Origin: Eledone cirrhosa
Lineage: Eukaryota
Direction: 5' to 3'
NCBI GenBank assembly: GCA_964016885.1
Contig: CAXHJY010000105.1
Coordinates: forward strand, 186,001 to 250,000
DNA: 64,000 bases
Within the stretch, counting starts at the first letter, position 1; every line of letters begins with the position of its first letter. The translations under genes and the position numbers were made by a program. The notes under the pieces are model-generated. The model did no database searches. It was not told the origin of the DNA and saw only the letters and a program-made list of their open reading frames with translations. Of the stretch, positions 1 through 12,930 are shown piece by piece.

Positions 1-2330
1 GTGTGGTGTGCATATAGTTATGTTCACTGGTGTGTGGTGTGTAGATAGTTAGGTTCACTGGTGTGTGTCTGTGTGTGGTGTATAGATAGTTAGGTTCACT
101 GGTGTGTGTCTGTGTGTGGTGTGTAGATAGTTAGGTTCACTGGTGTGTGTCTGTGTGGTGTGTATATAGTTAGGTTCACTGGTGTGTGTGTGGTGTGCAT
201 ATAGTTAGGTTCACTGGTGTGTGTCTGTGTGTGGTGTGTATATAGTTAGGTTCACTGGTGTGTGTCTGTGTGTGGTGTGTATATAGTTAGGTTCACTGGT
301 GTGTGTCTGTGTGGTGTGTAGATAGTTAGGTTCACTGGTGTGTGTCTGTGTGTGGTGTGTAGATAGTTAGGTTCACTGGTGTGTGTCTGTGTGGTGTGTA
401 GATAGTTAGGCTCACTGGTGTGTGTCTATCTGTGGTGTGTATATAGTTAGGTTCACTGGTGTGTGTCTGTGTGGTGTGTATATAGTTAGGTTCACTGGTG
501 TGTGTCTGTGTGTGGTGTGTATATAGTTAGGTTCACTGGTGTGTGTCTGTGTGTGGTGTGTATATAGTTAAGTTCACTGGTGTGTGTCTGTGTGTGGTGT
601 GTAGATAGTTAGGTTCACTGGTGTGTGTCTGTGTGGTGTGTATATAGTTAGGTTCACTGGTGTATGTCTGTGTGTGGTGTGTATATAGTTAGGCTCACTG
701 GTGTGTGTCTGTGTGTGGTGTGTATATAGTTACGTTCACTGGTGTGTGTCTGTGTGTGGTGTGTAGATAGTTAGGTTCACTGCTGTGTGTCTGTGTGTGG
801 TGTGTAGATAGTTAGGTTCACTGGTGTGGGTCTGTGTGGTGTGTGGATAGTTAGGCTCACTGGTGTGTGTCTGTGTGGTGTGTATATAGTTAGGTTCACT
901 GTTGTGTGTCTGTGTCTGGTGTGTATATAGTTAGGTTCACTGGTGTGTGTCTGTGTGTGGTGTGTATATAGTTAGGTTCACTGGTGTGTGTCTGTGTGGT
1001 GTGTATATAGTTAGGTTCACTGATGTGTGTCTGTGTGTGGTGTGTAGATAGTTAGGTTCACTGGTGTGTGTCTGTGTGTGGTGTGTAGATAGTTAGGTTC
1101 ACTGGTGTGTGTCTGTGTGTGGTGTGTATATAGTTAGGTTCACTGGTGTGTGTCTGTGTGTGGTGTGTATATAGTTAGGTTCACTGGTGTGTGTCTGTGT
1201 GTGGTGTATAGATAGTTAGGTTCACTGGTGTGTGTCTGTGTGTGGTGTGTAGATAGTTAGGTTCACTGGTGTGTGTCTGTGTGGTGTGTATATAGTTAGG
1301 TTCACTGGTGTGTGTGTGGTGTGCATATAGTTAGGTTCACTGGTGTGTGTCTGTGTGTGGTGTGTATATAGTTAGGTTCACTGGTGTGTGTCTGTGTGTG
1401 GTGTGTATATAGTTAGGTTCACTGGTGTGTGTCTGTGTGTGGTGTGTATATAGTTAGGTTCACTGGTGTGTGTCTGCGTGTGGTGTGTATATAGTTAGGT
1501 TCACTGGTGTGTGTCTGTGTGTGGTGTATAGATAGTTAGGTTCACTGGTGTGTGTCTGTGTGTGGTGTGTAGATAGTTAGGTTCACTGGTGTGTGTCTGT
1601 GTGGTGTGTATATAGTTAGGTTCACTGGTGTGTGTGTGGTGTGCATATAGTTATGTTCACTGGTGTGTGGTGTGTAGATAGTTAGGTTCACTGGTGTGTG
1701 TCTGTGTGTGGTGTATAGATAGTTATGTTCACTGTTGTGTGTCTGTGTGTGGTGTGTAGATAGTTAGGTTCACTGGTGTGTGTCTGTGTGGTGTGTATAT
1801 AGTTAGGTTCACTGGTGTGTGTGTGGTGTGCATATAGTTAGGTTCACTGGTGTGTGTCTGTGTGTGGTGTGTATATAGTTAGGTTCACTGGTGTGTGTCT
1901 GTGTGTGGTGTGTATATAGTTAGGTTCACTGGTGTGTGTCTGTGTGGTGTGTAGATAGTTAGGTTCACTGGTGTGTGTCTGTGTGTGGTGTGTAGATAGT
2001 TAGGTTCACTGGTGTGTGTCTGTGTGGTGTGTAGATAGTTAGGCTCACTGGTGTGTGTCTGTGTGTGGTGTGTATATAGTTAGGTTCACTGGTGTGTGTC
2101 TGTGTGGTGTGTATATAGTTAGGTTCACTGGTGTGTGTCTGTGTGTGGTGTGTATATAGTTAGGTTCACTGGTGTGTGTCTGTGTGTGGTGTGTATATAG
2201 TTAAGTTCACTGGTGTGTGTCTGTGTGTGGTGTGTAGATAGTTAGGTTCACTGGTGTGTGTCTGTGTGGTGTGTATATAGATAGGTTCACTGGTGTATGT
2301 CTGTGTGTGGTGTGTATATAGTTAGGTTCA
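1..2330. repeat. Higher-order duplication within array A, offset 1633 bp (about 1-700 repeated at about 1634-2330)
   Basis: The rare variant CATATAGTTATGTTCAC followed by a 31-mer occurs at 11 and 1644. The downstream TTAAGTTC and GGTGTATG variants follow in the same order in both copies. Boundaries are approximate. Confidence 0.75.
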
Positions 2331-5300
2331 CTGGTGTGTGTCTGTGTGGTGTGTAGTTAATTAGGCTCACTGGTGTGTGTCTGTGTGTGGTGTGTATATA
2401 GTTAGGTTCACTGGTGTGTGTCTGTGTGGTGTGTAGATAGTTAGGTTCACTGCTGTGTGTCTGTGTGTGGTGTGTAGATAGTTAGGTTCACTAATGTGGG
2501 TCTGTGTGGTGTGTGGATAGTTAGGCTCACTGGTGTGTGTCTGTGTGGTGTGTATATAGTTAGGTTCACTGGTGTGAGTCTGTGTCTGGTGTGTATATAG
2601 TTAGGTTCACTGGTGTGTGTCTGTGTGTGGTGTGTATATAGTTAGGTTCACTGGTGTGTGTCTGTGTGTGGTGTGTATATAGTTAGGTTCACTGGTGTGT
2701 GTCTGTGTGGTGTGTATATAGATAGGTTCATTGGTGTGTGTCTGTGTGTGGTGTGTAGATAGTTAGATTCACTGGTGTGTGTCTGTGTGGTGTGTATATA
2801 GTTAGGTTCACTGGTGTGTGTCTGTGTGTGGTGTGTATATAGTTAGGTTCACTGGTGTGTGTCTGTGTGTGGTGTGTATATAGTTAGGTTCACTGGTGTG
2901 TGTCTGTGTGTGGTGTGTATATAGTTAGGTTCACTGGTGTGTGTCTGTGTGTGGTGTGTATATAGTTAGGTTCACTGGTGTGTGTCTGTGTGTGGTGTGT
3001 ATATAGTTAGGTTCACTGGTGTGTGTCTGTGTGTGGTGTGTATATAGTTAGGTTCACTGGTGTGTGTCTGTGTGTGGTGTGTATATAGTTAGGTTCACTG
3101 GTGTGTGTGGTGTGTATAATAGTTAGGTTCACTGGTGTGTGTCTGTGTGTGGTGTGTAGATAGTTAGGTTCACTGGTGTGTGTCTGTGTGTGGTGTGTAT
3201 ATAGTTAGGTTCACTGGTGTGTGTCTGTGTGTGGTGTGTAGATAGTTAGGTTCACTGGTGTGTGTCTGTGTGTGGTGTGTATATAGTTAGGTTCACTGGT
3301 GTGTGTGTGGTGTGTATATAGTTAGGTTCACTGGTGTGTGTCTGTGTGTGGTGTGTATATAGTTAGGTTCACTGGTGTGTGTGTGGTGTGTATATAGTGA
3401 GGTTCACTGGTGTGTGGTGTGTAGATAGTTAGGTTCACTGGTGTGTGTCTGTGTGTGGTGTGTATATAGTTAGGTTCACTGGTGTGTGTCTGTGTGTGGT
3501 GTGTATATAGTTAGGTTCACTGGTGTGTCTCTGTGTGTGGTGTGTATATAGTTAGGTTCACTGGTGTGTGTCTGTGTGGTGTGTGGATAGTTAGATTCAC
3601 TGGTGTGTGTCTGTGTGTGGTGTGTAGATAGTTAGGTTCACTGGTGTGTGTCTGTGTGGTGTGTAGATAGTTAGGTTCACTGGTGTGTGTCTGTGTGGTG
3701 TGTAGATAGTTAGGTTCACTGGTGTGTGTCTGTGTGTGGTGTGTAGATAGTTAGGTTCACTGGTGTGTGTCTGTGTGGTGTGTAGATAGTTAGGCTCACT
3801 GGTGTGTGTCTGTGTGTGGTGTGTATATAGTTAGGTTCACTGGTGTGTGTCTGTGTGGTGTGTATATAGTTAGGTTCACTGGTGTGTGTCTGTGTGTGGT
3901 GTGTATATAGTTAAGTTCACTGGTGTGTGTCTGTGTGTGGTGTGTAGATAGTTAGGTTCACTACTGTGTGTCTATGTGGTGTGTATATAGTTAGGTTCCC
4001 TGGTGTATGTCTGTGTGGTGTGTATATAGTTAGGTTCACTGGTGTGTGTCTGTGTGGTGTGTAGTTAGTTAGGCTCACTGGTGTGTGTCTGTGTGTGGTG
4101 TGTATATAGTTAGGTTCACTGGTGTGTGTCTGTGTGTGGTGTGTAGATAGTTAGGTTCACTGCTGTGTGTCTGTGTGTGGTGTGTAGATAGTTAGGTTCA
4201 CTGGTGTGGGTCTGTGTGGTGTGTGGATAGTTAGGCTCACTGGTGTGTGTCTGTGTGGTGTGTATATAGTTACGTTCACTGGTGTGTGTCTGTGTGTGGA
4301 GTGTATATAGTTAGGTTCACTGGTGTGTGTCTGTGTGGTGTGTATATAGATAGGTTCACTGGTGTGTGTCTGTGTGTGGTGTGTAGATAGTTAGGTTCAC
4401 TGGTGTGTGTCTGTGTGGTGTGTATATAGTTAGGTTCACTGGTGTGTGTCTGTGTGTGGTGTGTATATAGTTAGGTTCACTGGTGTGTGTCTGTGTGTGG
4501 TGTGTATATAGTTAGGTTCACTGGTGTGTGTCTGTGTGTGGTGTGTATATAGTTAGGTTCACTGGTGTGTGTCTGTGTGTGGTGTGTATATAGTTAGGTT
4601 CACTGGTGTGTGTCTGTGTGTGGTGTGTATATAGTTAGGTTCACTGGTGTGTGTCTCTGTGTGGTGTGTATATAGTTAGGTTCACTGGTGTGTGTGTGTG
4701 TGGTGTGTATAATAGTTAGGTTCACTGGTGTGTGTCTGTGTGTGGTGTGTATATAGTTAGGTTCACTGGTGTGTGTCTGTGTGTGGTGTGTAGATAGTTA
4801 GGTTCACTGGTGTGTGTCTGTGTGTGGTGTGTATATAGTTAGGTTCACTGGTGTGTGTCTGTGTGTGGTGTGTAGATAGTTAGGCTCACTGCTGTGTGTC
4901 TGTATGTGGTGTGTAGATAGTTAGGTTCACTGGTGTGTGTCTGTGTGGTGTGTGGATAGTTAGGCTCACTGGTGTGTGTCTGTTTGGTGTGTATATAGTT
5001 AGGTTCACTAGTGTGTGTCTGTGTCTGGTGTGTATATAGTTAGGTTAACTGATGTGTGGTGTGTATATAGTTAGGTTCACAGGTGTGTGTCTGTGTGTGG
5101 TGTGTATATAGTTAGGTTCACTGGTCTGTGTGTGGTGTGTAGATAGTTAGGTTCACTGGTGTGTGTCTGTGTGTGGTGTGTAGATAGTTAGGTTCACTGA
5201 TGTGTGGTGTGTATATAGTTAGGTTCACTGGTGTGTGTCTGTGTGTGGTGTGTATATAGTTGGGTTCACTGGTGTGTGTCTGTGTGGTGTGTATATAGTT

Positions 5301-6819
5301 AGGTTCACTGGTGTGTGTCTGTGTGTGGTGTGTAGAATAGCTAGGTTCACTGGTGTGTGTCTGTGTGTGGTGTGTAGATAGTTAGGTTCATTGGCGTGTG
5401 TCTGTGTGTGTTGTGTATATAGTTAGGTTCACTGGTGTGTGTCTGTTCGTGGTGTGTATATAGTTAGGTTCACTGGTGTGTGTCTGTGTGTGGTGTGTAG
5501 ACAGTTAGGTTCACTGGTGTGTGTCTGTGTGTGGTGTGTATATAGTTATGTTCACTGGTGTTTGTCTGTGTGGAGTGTATATAGTTAGGTTCACTGGTGT
5601 GTGTCTGTGTGTGGTGTGTAGATAGTTAGGTTCACTGGTGTGTGTCTGTGTGTGGTGTGTAGATAGTTAGGTTCACTGCTGGGTGTGTGGTGTGTATATA
5701 GTTAGGTTCACTGGTGTGTGTCTGTGTGTGGTGTGTATATAGTTAGGTTCACTGGTGTGTGTGTGGTGTGTATATAGTGAGGTTCACTGGTGTGTGGTGT
5801 GTAGATAGTTAGGTTCACTGGTGTGTGTCTGTGTGTGGTGCGTATATAGTTAGGTTCACTGTTGTGTGTCTGTGTGTGGTGTGTATTTAGTTAGGTTCAC
5901 TGGTGTGTCTCTGTGTGTGGTGTGTATATAGTTAGGTTCACTGGTGTGTGTCTGTGTGTGGTGTGTATATAGTTAGGTTCACTGGTGTGTGTCTGTGTGG
6001 TGTGTATATAGTTAGGTTCACTGGTGTGTGTCTGTGTGTGGTGTGTATATAGTTAGGTTCACTGGTGTGTGTCTGTGTGTGGTGTGTATATAGTTAAGTT
6101 CACTGGTGTGTGTCTGTGTGTGGTGTGTAGATAGTTAGGTTCACTGGTGTGTGTCTGTGTGGTGTGTATGTAGTTAGGTTCACTGGTGTATGTCTGTGTG
6201 TGGTGTGTATATAGTTAGGTTCACTGGTGTGTGTCTGTGTGGTGTGTAGTTAGTTAGGCTCACTGGTGTGTGTCTGTGTGTGGTGTGTATATAGTTAGGT
6301 TCACTGGTGTGTCTGTGTGGTGTGTAGTTAGTTAGGCTCACTGGTGTGTGTCTGTGTGTGGTGTGTATATAGTTAGGTTCACTGGTGTGTGGTTCTGTGT
6401 GTGGTGTGTGGATAGTTAGGTTCACTGCTGTGTGTCTGTGTGTGGGGTGTAGATAGTTAGGTTCACTGGTGTGTGTCTGTGTGGTGTGTGGATAGTTAGG
6501 CTCCCTGGTGTGTGTCTGTGTGGTGTGAATATAGTTAGGTTCACTGGTGTGTGTCTGTGTCTGGTGTGTATATAGTTAGGTTCACTGGTGTGTGTCTGTG
6601 TGTGGTGTGTATATAGTTAGGTTCACTTGTGTGTGTCTGTGTGTGGTGTGTATATAGTTAGGTTCACTGGTGTGTGTCTGTGTGGTGTGTATATAGATAG
6701 GTTCACTGGTGTGTGTCTGTGTGTGGTGTGTAGATAATTAGGTTCACTGGTGTGTGTCTGTGTGGTGTGTATATAGTTAGGTTCACTGGTGTGTGTCTCT
6801 GTGTGGTGTGTATATAGTT

Positions 6820-9800
6820 AGGTTCACTGGTGTGTGTCTGTGTGTGGTGTGTATATAGTTAGGTTCACTGGTGTGTGTCTGTGTGTGGTGTGTATATAGT
6901 TAGGTTCACTGGTGTGTGTCTGTGTGGTGTGTATATAGTTAGGTTCACTGGTGTGTGTCTGTGTGTGGTGTGTATATAGTTAGGTTCACTGGTGTGTGTC
7001 TGTGTGTGGTGTGTATATAGTTAGGTTCACTGGTGTGTGTCTGTGTGGTGTGTATATAGTTAGGTTCACTGGTGTATGGTGTGTAGATAGTTAGGTTCAC
7101 TGGTGTGTGTCTGTGTGTGGTGTGTAGATAGATAGGTTCACTGGTGTATGTCTGTGTGTGGTGTGTAGATAGTTAGGTTCACTGGTGTGTGTCTGTGTGT
7201 GGTGTGTATATAATTAGGTTCACTGGTGTGTGTGTGGTGTGTATATAGTTAGGTTCACTGGTGTGTGTGTGGTGTGTATATAGTTAGGTTCACTGGTGTG
7301 TGTGTGGTGTGTATATAGTTAGGTTCACTGGTGTGTGTCTGTGTGTGGTGTGTATATAGTTAGGTTCACTGGTGTGTGTGTGGTGTGTATATAGTTAGGT
7401 TCACTGGTGTGTGGTGTGTAGATAGTTAGGTTCACTGTTGTGTGTCTGTGTGTGGTGTGTATATAGTTAGGTTCACAGGTGTGTGTCTGTGTGTGGTGTG
7501 TATATAGTTAGGTTCACTGGTGTGTCTCTGTGTGTGGTGTGTATATAGTTAGGTTCACTGGTGTGTGTCTGTATGGTGTGTAGATAGTTAGATTCACCGG
7601 TGTGTGTCTGTGTGGTGTGTAGATAGTTAGGTTCACTGGTGTGTGTCTGTGTGGTGTGTAGATAGTAAGGTTCACTGGTGTGTGTCTGTGTGGTGTGTAG
7701 ATAGTTAGGTTCACTGGTGTGTGTCTGTGTGTGGTGTGTAGATAGTTAGGTTCACTGGTGTGTGTCTGTGTCGTGTGTAGATAGTTAGGCTCACTGGTGT
7801 GTGTCTGTGTGTGGTGTGTATATAGTTAGGTGCACTGGTGTGTGTCTGTGTGGTGTGTATATAGTTAGGTTCACTGGTGTGTGTCTGTGTGTGGTGTGTA
7901 TATAGTTAGGTTCACTGGTGTGTGTCTGTGTGTGGTGTGTATATAGTTAGGTTCACTGGTGTGTGTCTGTGTGTGGTGTGTAGATAGTTAGGTTCACTGG
8001 TGTGTGTCTGTGTGTGGTGTGTAGATAGTTAGGTTCACTGGTGTGTGTCTGTGTGGTGTGTATATAGTTAGGTTCACTGATGTGTGTCTGTGTGTGGTGT
8101 GTATATAGTTAGGTTCACTGGTGAGTGTCTGTGTGGTGTGTAGATAGTTAGGCTCACTGGTGTGTGTCTGTGTGTGGTGTGTATATAGTTAGGTTCACTG
8201 GTGTATGTCTGTGTGTGGTGTGTATATAGTTAGGTTCACTGGTGTGTGTCTGTGTGGTGTGTAGTTAGTTAGGCTCACTGGTGTGTGTCTATGTGTGGTG
8301 TGGATATAGTTAGGTTCACTGGTGTGTGTCTGTGTGTGGTGTGTAGATAGTTAGGTTCACTGGTGTGTGTCTGTGTGTGGTGTGTAGATAGTTAGGTTCA
8401 CTGGTGTGTGTCTGTGTGTGGTGTGTAGATAGTTAGGTTCACTGGTGTGTGTCTGTGTGTGGTGTGTAGATAGTTAGGTTCACTGGTGTGTGTCTGTGTG
8501 GTGTGTAGATAGTTAGTCTCACTGGTGTGTGTCTGTGTGTGGTGTGTATATAGTTAGGTTCACTGGTGTGTGTCTGTGTGTGGTGTGTAGATAGTTATGT
8601 TCACTACTGTGTGTGGTGTGTAGATAGTTAGGCTCACTGGTGTGTGTCTGTGTGGTGTGTATATAGTTAGGTTTACTGGTGTGTGTCTGTGTGTGGTGTG
8701 TAGATAGTTAGGTTCACTGGTGTGTGTCTGTGTGTGGTGTGTAGATAGTTAGGTTCACTGGTGTGTGTCTGTGTGTGGTGTGTATATAGTTAGGTTAACT
8801 GATGTGTGTCTGTGTGTGGTGTGTAGTTAGTTAGGTTCACTGGTGTGTGTGTGGTGTGTATATAGTTAGGTTCACTGGTGTGTGTCTGTGTGTGGTGTGT
8901 ATATAGTTAGGTTCACTGGTGTGTGTGTGGTGTGTATATAGTTAGGTTCACTGGTCTGTGTGTGGTGTGTAGATAGTTAGGTTCACTGGTGTGTGTGTGT
9001 GTGTGGTGTGTAGATAGTTAGGTTCACTGGTGTGTGTCTGTGTGGTGTGTATATAGTTAGGTTCACTGATGTGTGTCTGTGTGTGGTGTGTATATAGTTA
9101 GGTTCACTGGTGAGTGTCTGTGTGGTGTGTAGATAGTTAGGGTCACTGGTGTGTGTCTGTGTGTGGTGTGTATATAGTTAGGTTCACTGGTGTGTGTCTG
9201 TGTGGTGTGTGGATAGTTAGGCTCACTGGTGTGTGTGTGTGGTGTGTATATAGTTAGGTTCACTGGTGTGTGTCTGTGTGTGGTGTGTATATAGTTAGGT
9301 TCACTGGTGTGTGTCTGTGTGTGGTGTGTAGATAGTTAGGTTTACTGGTGTGTGTCTGTGTGTGGTGTATAGATAGTTAGGTTCACTGGTGTGTGTCTGT
9401 GTGTGGTGTGTAGATAGTTAGGTTCACTGGTGTGTGTCTGTGTGTGGTGTGTAGATAGTTAGGTTCACTGGTGTGTGTCTGTGTGGTGTGTAGATAGTTA
9501 GGCTCACTGGTGTGTGTCTGTGTGTGGTGTGTATATAGTTAGGTTCACTGGTGTGTGTCTGTGTGGTGTGTATATAGTTAGGTTCACTGGTGTGTGTCTG
9601 TGTGTGGTGTGTATATAGTTAGGTTCACTGGTGTGTGTCTGTGTGTGGTGTGTATATAGTTAGGTTCACTGGTGTGTGTCTGTGTGTGGTGTGTAGATAG
9701 TTAGGTTCACTACTGTGTGTCTGTGTGTGGTGTGTAGATAGTTAGGTTCACTGGTGTGTGTCTGTGTGGTGTGTAGATATTTAGGCTCACTGGTGTGTGT

Positions 9801-12800
9801 CTGTGTGGTGTGTATATAGTTAGGTTCACTGGTGTGTGTCTGTGTGTGGTGTGTAGATAGTTAGGTTCACTGGTGTGTGTCTGTGTGTGGTGTGTATATA
9901 GTTAGGTTCACTGGTGTGTGTCTGTGTGTGGTGTGTATATAGTTAGGTTCACTGGTGTGTGTCTGTGTGGTGTGTATATAGTTAGGTTCACTGGTGTGTG
10001 TCTGTGTGTGGTGTGTATATAGTTAGGTTCACTGGTGTGTGTCTGTGTGTGGTGTGTATATAGTTAGGTTCACTGGTGTGTGTCTGTGTGGTGTGTATAT
10101 AGTTAGGTTCACTGGTGTATGGTGTGTAGATAGTTAGGTTCACTGGTGTGTGTCTGTGTGTGGTGTGTAGATAGATAGGTTCACTGGTGTATGACTGTGT
10201 GTGGTGTGTAGATAGTTAGGCTCACTGGTGTGTGTCTGTGTGTGGTGTGTATATAATTAGGTTCATTGGTGTGTGTGTGGTGTGTATATAGTTAGGTTCA
10301 CTGGTGTGTGTGTGGTGTGTATATAGTTAGGTTCACTGGTGTGTGTGTGGTGTGTATATAGTTAGGTTCACTGGTGTGTGTCTGTGTGTGGTGTGTATAT
10401 AGTTAGGTTCACTGGTGTGTGTGTGGTGTGTATATAGTTAGGTTCACTGGTGTGTGGTGTGTAGATAGTTAGGTTCACTGGTGTGTGTCTGTGTGTGGTG
10501 TGTATATAGTTAGGTTCACAGGTGTGTGTCTGTGTGTGGTGTGTATATAGTTAGGTTCACTGGTGGGTCTCTGTGTGTGGTGTGTATATAGTTAGGTTCA
10601 CTGGTGTGTGTCTGTATGGTGTGTAGATAGTTAGATTCACCGGTGTGTGTCTGTGTGGTGTGTAGATAGTTAGGTTCACTGGTGTGTGTCTGTGTGGTGT
10701 GTAGATAGTAAGGTTCACTGGTGTGTGTCTGTGTGGTGTGTAGATAGTTAGGTTCACTGGTGTGTGTCTGTGTGTGGTGTGTAGATAGTTAGGTTCACTG
10801 GTGTGTGTCTGTGTGGTGTGTAGATAGTTAGGCTCACTGGTGTGTGTCTGTGTGTGGTGTGTATATAGTTAGGTTCACTGGTGTGTGTCTGTGTGGTGTG
10901 TATATAGTTAGGTTCACTGGTGTGTGTCTGTGTGTGGTGTGTATATAGTTAGGTCCACTGGTGTGTGTCTGTGTGTGGTGTGTATATAGTTAGGTTCACT
11001 GGTGTGTGTCTGTGTGTGGTGTGTAGATAGTTAGGTTCACTGGTGTGTGTCTGTGTGGTGTGTATATAGTTAGGTTCACTGATGTGTGTCTGTGTGTGGT
11101 GTGTATATAGTTAGGTTCACTGGTGAGTGTCTGTGTGGTGTGTAGATAGTTAGGCTCACTGGTGTGTGTCTGTGTGTGGTGTGTATATAGTTAGGTTCAC
11201 TGGTGTATGTCTGTGTGTGGTGTGTATATAGTTAGGTTCACTGGTGTGTGTCTGTGTGGTGTGTAGTTAGTTAGGCTCACTGGTGTGTGTCTGTGTGTGG
11301 TGTGTATATAGTTAGGTTCACTGGTGTGTGTCTGTGTGTGGTGTGTAGATAGTTAGGTTCACTGGTGTGTGTCTGTGTGTGGTGTGTAGATAGTTAGGTT
11401 CACTGGTGTGTGTCTGTGTGTGGTGTGTAGATAGTTAGGTTCACTGGTGTGTGTCTGTGTGTGGTGTGTAGATAGTTAGGTTCACTGGTGTGTGTCTGTG
11501 TGGTGTGTAGATAGTTAGTCTCACTGGTGTGTGTCTGTGTGTGGTGTGTATATAGTTAGGTTCACTGGTGTGTGTCTGTGTGTGGTGTGTAGATAGTTAG
11601 GTTCACTACTGTGTGTGGTGTGTAGATAGTTAGGCTCACTGGTGTGTGTCTGTGTGGTGTGTATATAGTTAGGTTTACTGGTGTGTGTCTGTGTGTGGTG
11701 TGTAGATAGTTAGGTTCACTGGTGTGTGTCTGTGTGTGGTGTGTAGATAGTTAGGTTCACTGGTGTGTGTCTGTGTGTGGTGTGTAGATAGTTAGGTTCA
11801 CTGGTGTGTGTCTGTGTGTGGTGTGTATATAGTTAGGTTAACTGATGTGTGTCTGTGTGTGGTGTGTAGTTAGTTAGGTTCACTGGTGTGTGTGTGGTGT
11901 GTATATAGTTAGGTTCACTGGTGTGTGTCTGTGTGTGGTGTGTATATAGTTAGGTTCACTGGTGTGTGTGTGGTGTGTATATAGTTAGGTTCACTGGTCT
12001 GTGTGTGGTGTGTAGATAGTTAGGTTCACTGGTGTGTGTGTGTGTGTGGTGTATAGATAGTTAGGTTCACTGGTGTGTGTCTGTGTGGTGTGTATATAGT
12101 TAGGTTCACTGATGTGTGTCTGTGTGTGGTGTGTATATAGTTAGGTTCACTGGTGAGTGTCTGTGTGGTGTGTAGATAGTTAGGGTCACTGGTGTGTGTC
12201 TGTGTGTGGTGTGTATATAGTTAGGTTCACTGGTGTGTGTCTGTGTGGTGTGTGGATAGTTAGGCTCACTGGTGTGTGTCTGTGTGGTGTGTATATAGTT
12301 AGGTTCACTGGTGTGTGTCTGTGTGTGGTGTGTATATAGTTAGGTTCACTGGTGTGTGTCTGTGTGTGGTGTGTAGATAGATAGGTTTACTGGTGTGTGT
12401 CTGTGTGTGGTGTATAGATAGTTAGGTTCACTGGTGTGTGTCTGTGTGTGGTGTGTAGATAGTTAGGTTCACTGGTGTGTGTCTGTGTGTGGTGTGTAGA
12501 TAGTTAGGTTCACTGGTGTGTGTCTGTGTGGTGTGTAGATAGTTAGGCTCACTGGTGTGTGTCTGTGTGTGGTGTGTATATAGTTAGGTTCACTGGTGTG
12601 TGTCTGTGTGGTGTGTATATAGTTAGGTTCACTGGTGTGTGTCTGTGTGTGGTGTGTATATAGTTAGGTTCACTGGTGTGTGTCTGTGTGTGGTGTGTAT
12701 ATAGTTAGGTTCACTGGTGTGTGTCTGTGTGAGGTGTGTAGATAGTTAGGTTCACTACTGTGTGTCTGTGTGTGGTGTGTAGATAGTTAGGTTCACTGGT

Positions 12801-12930
12801 GTGTGTCTGTGTGGTGTGTAGATATTTAGGCTCACTGGTGTGTGTCTGTGTGGTGTGTAGATAGTTAGGTTCACTGGTGTGTGTCTGTGTGTGGTGTGTA
12901 GATAGTTAGGTTCACTGGTGTGTGTCTGTG
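6820..12930. repeat. Higher-order tandem duplication within array A, offset 3043-3045 bp
   Basis: Marker GGTGTATGGT at 7071/10114, TTAGGG variant at 9137/12180, GATATTTAGGCTC at 9776/12821, and identical spurious ORFs at 7514/10557. Boundaries are approximate. Confidence 0.85.
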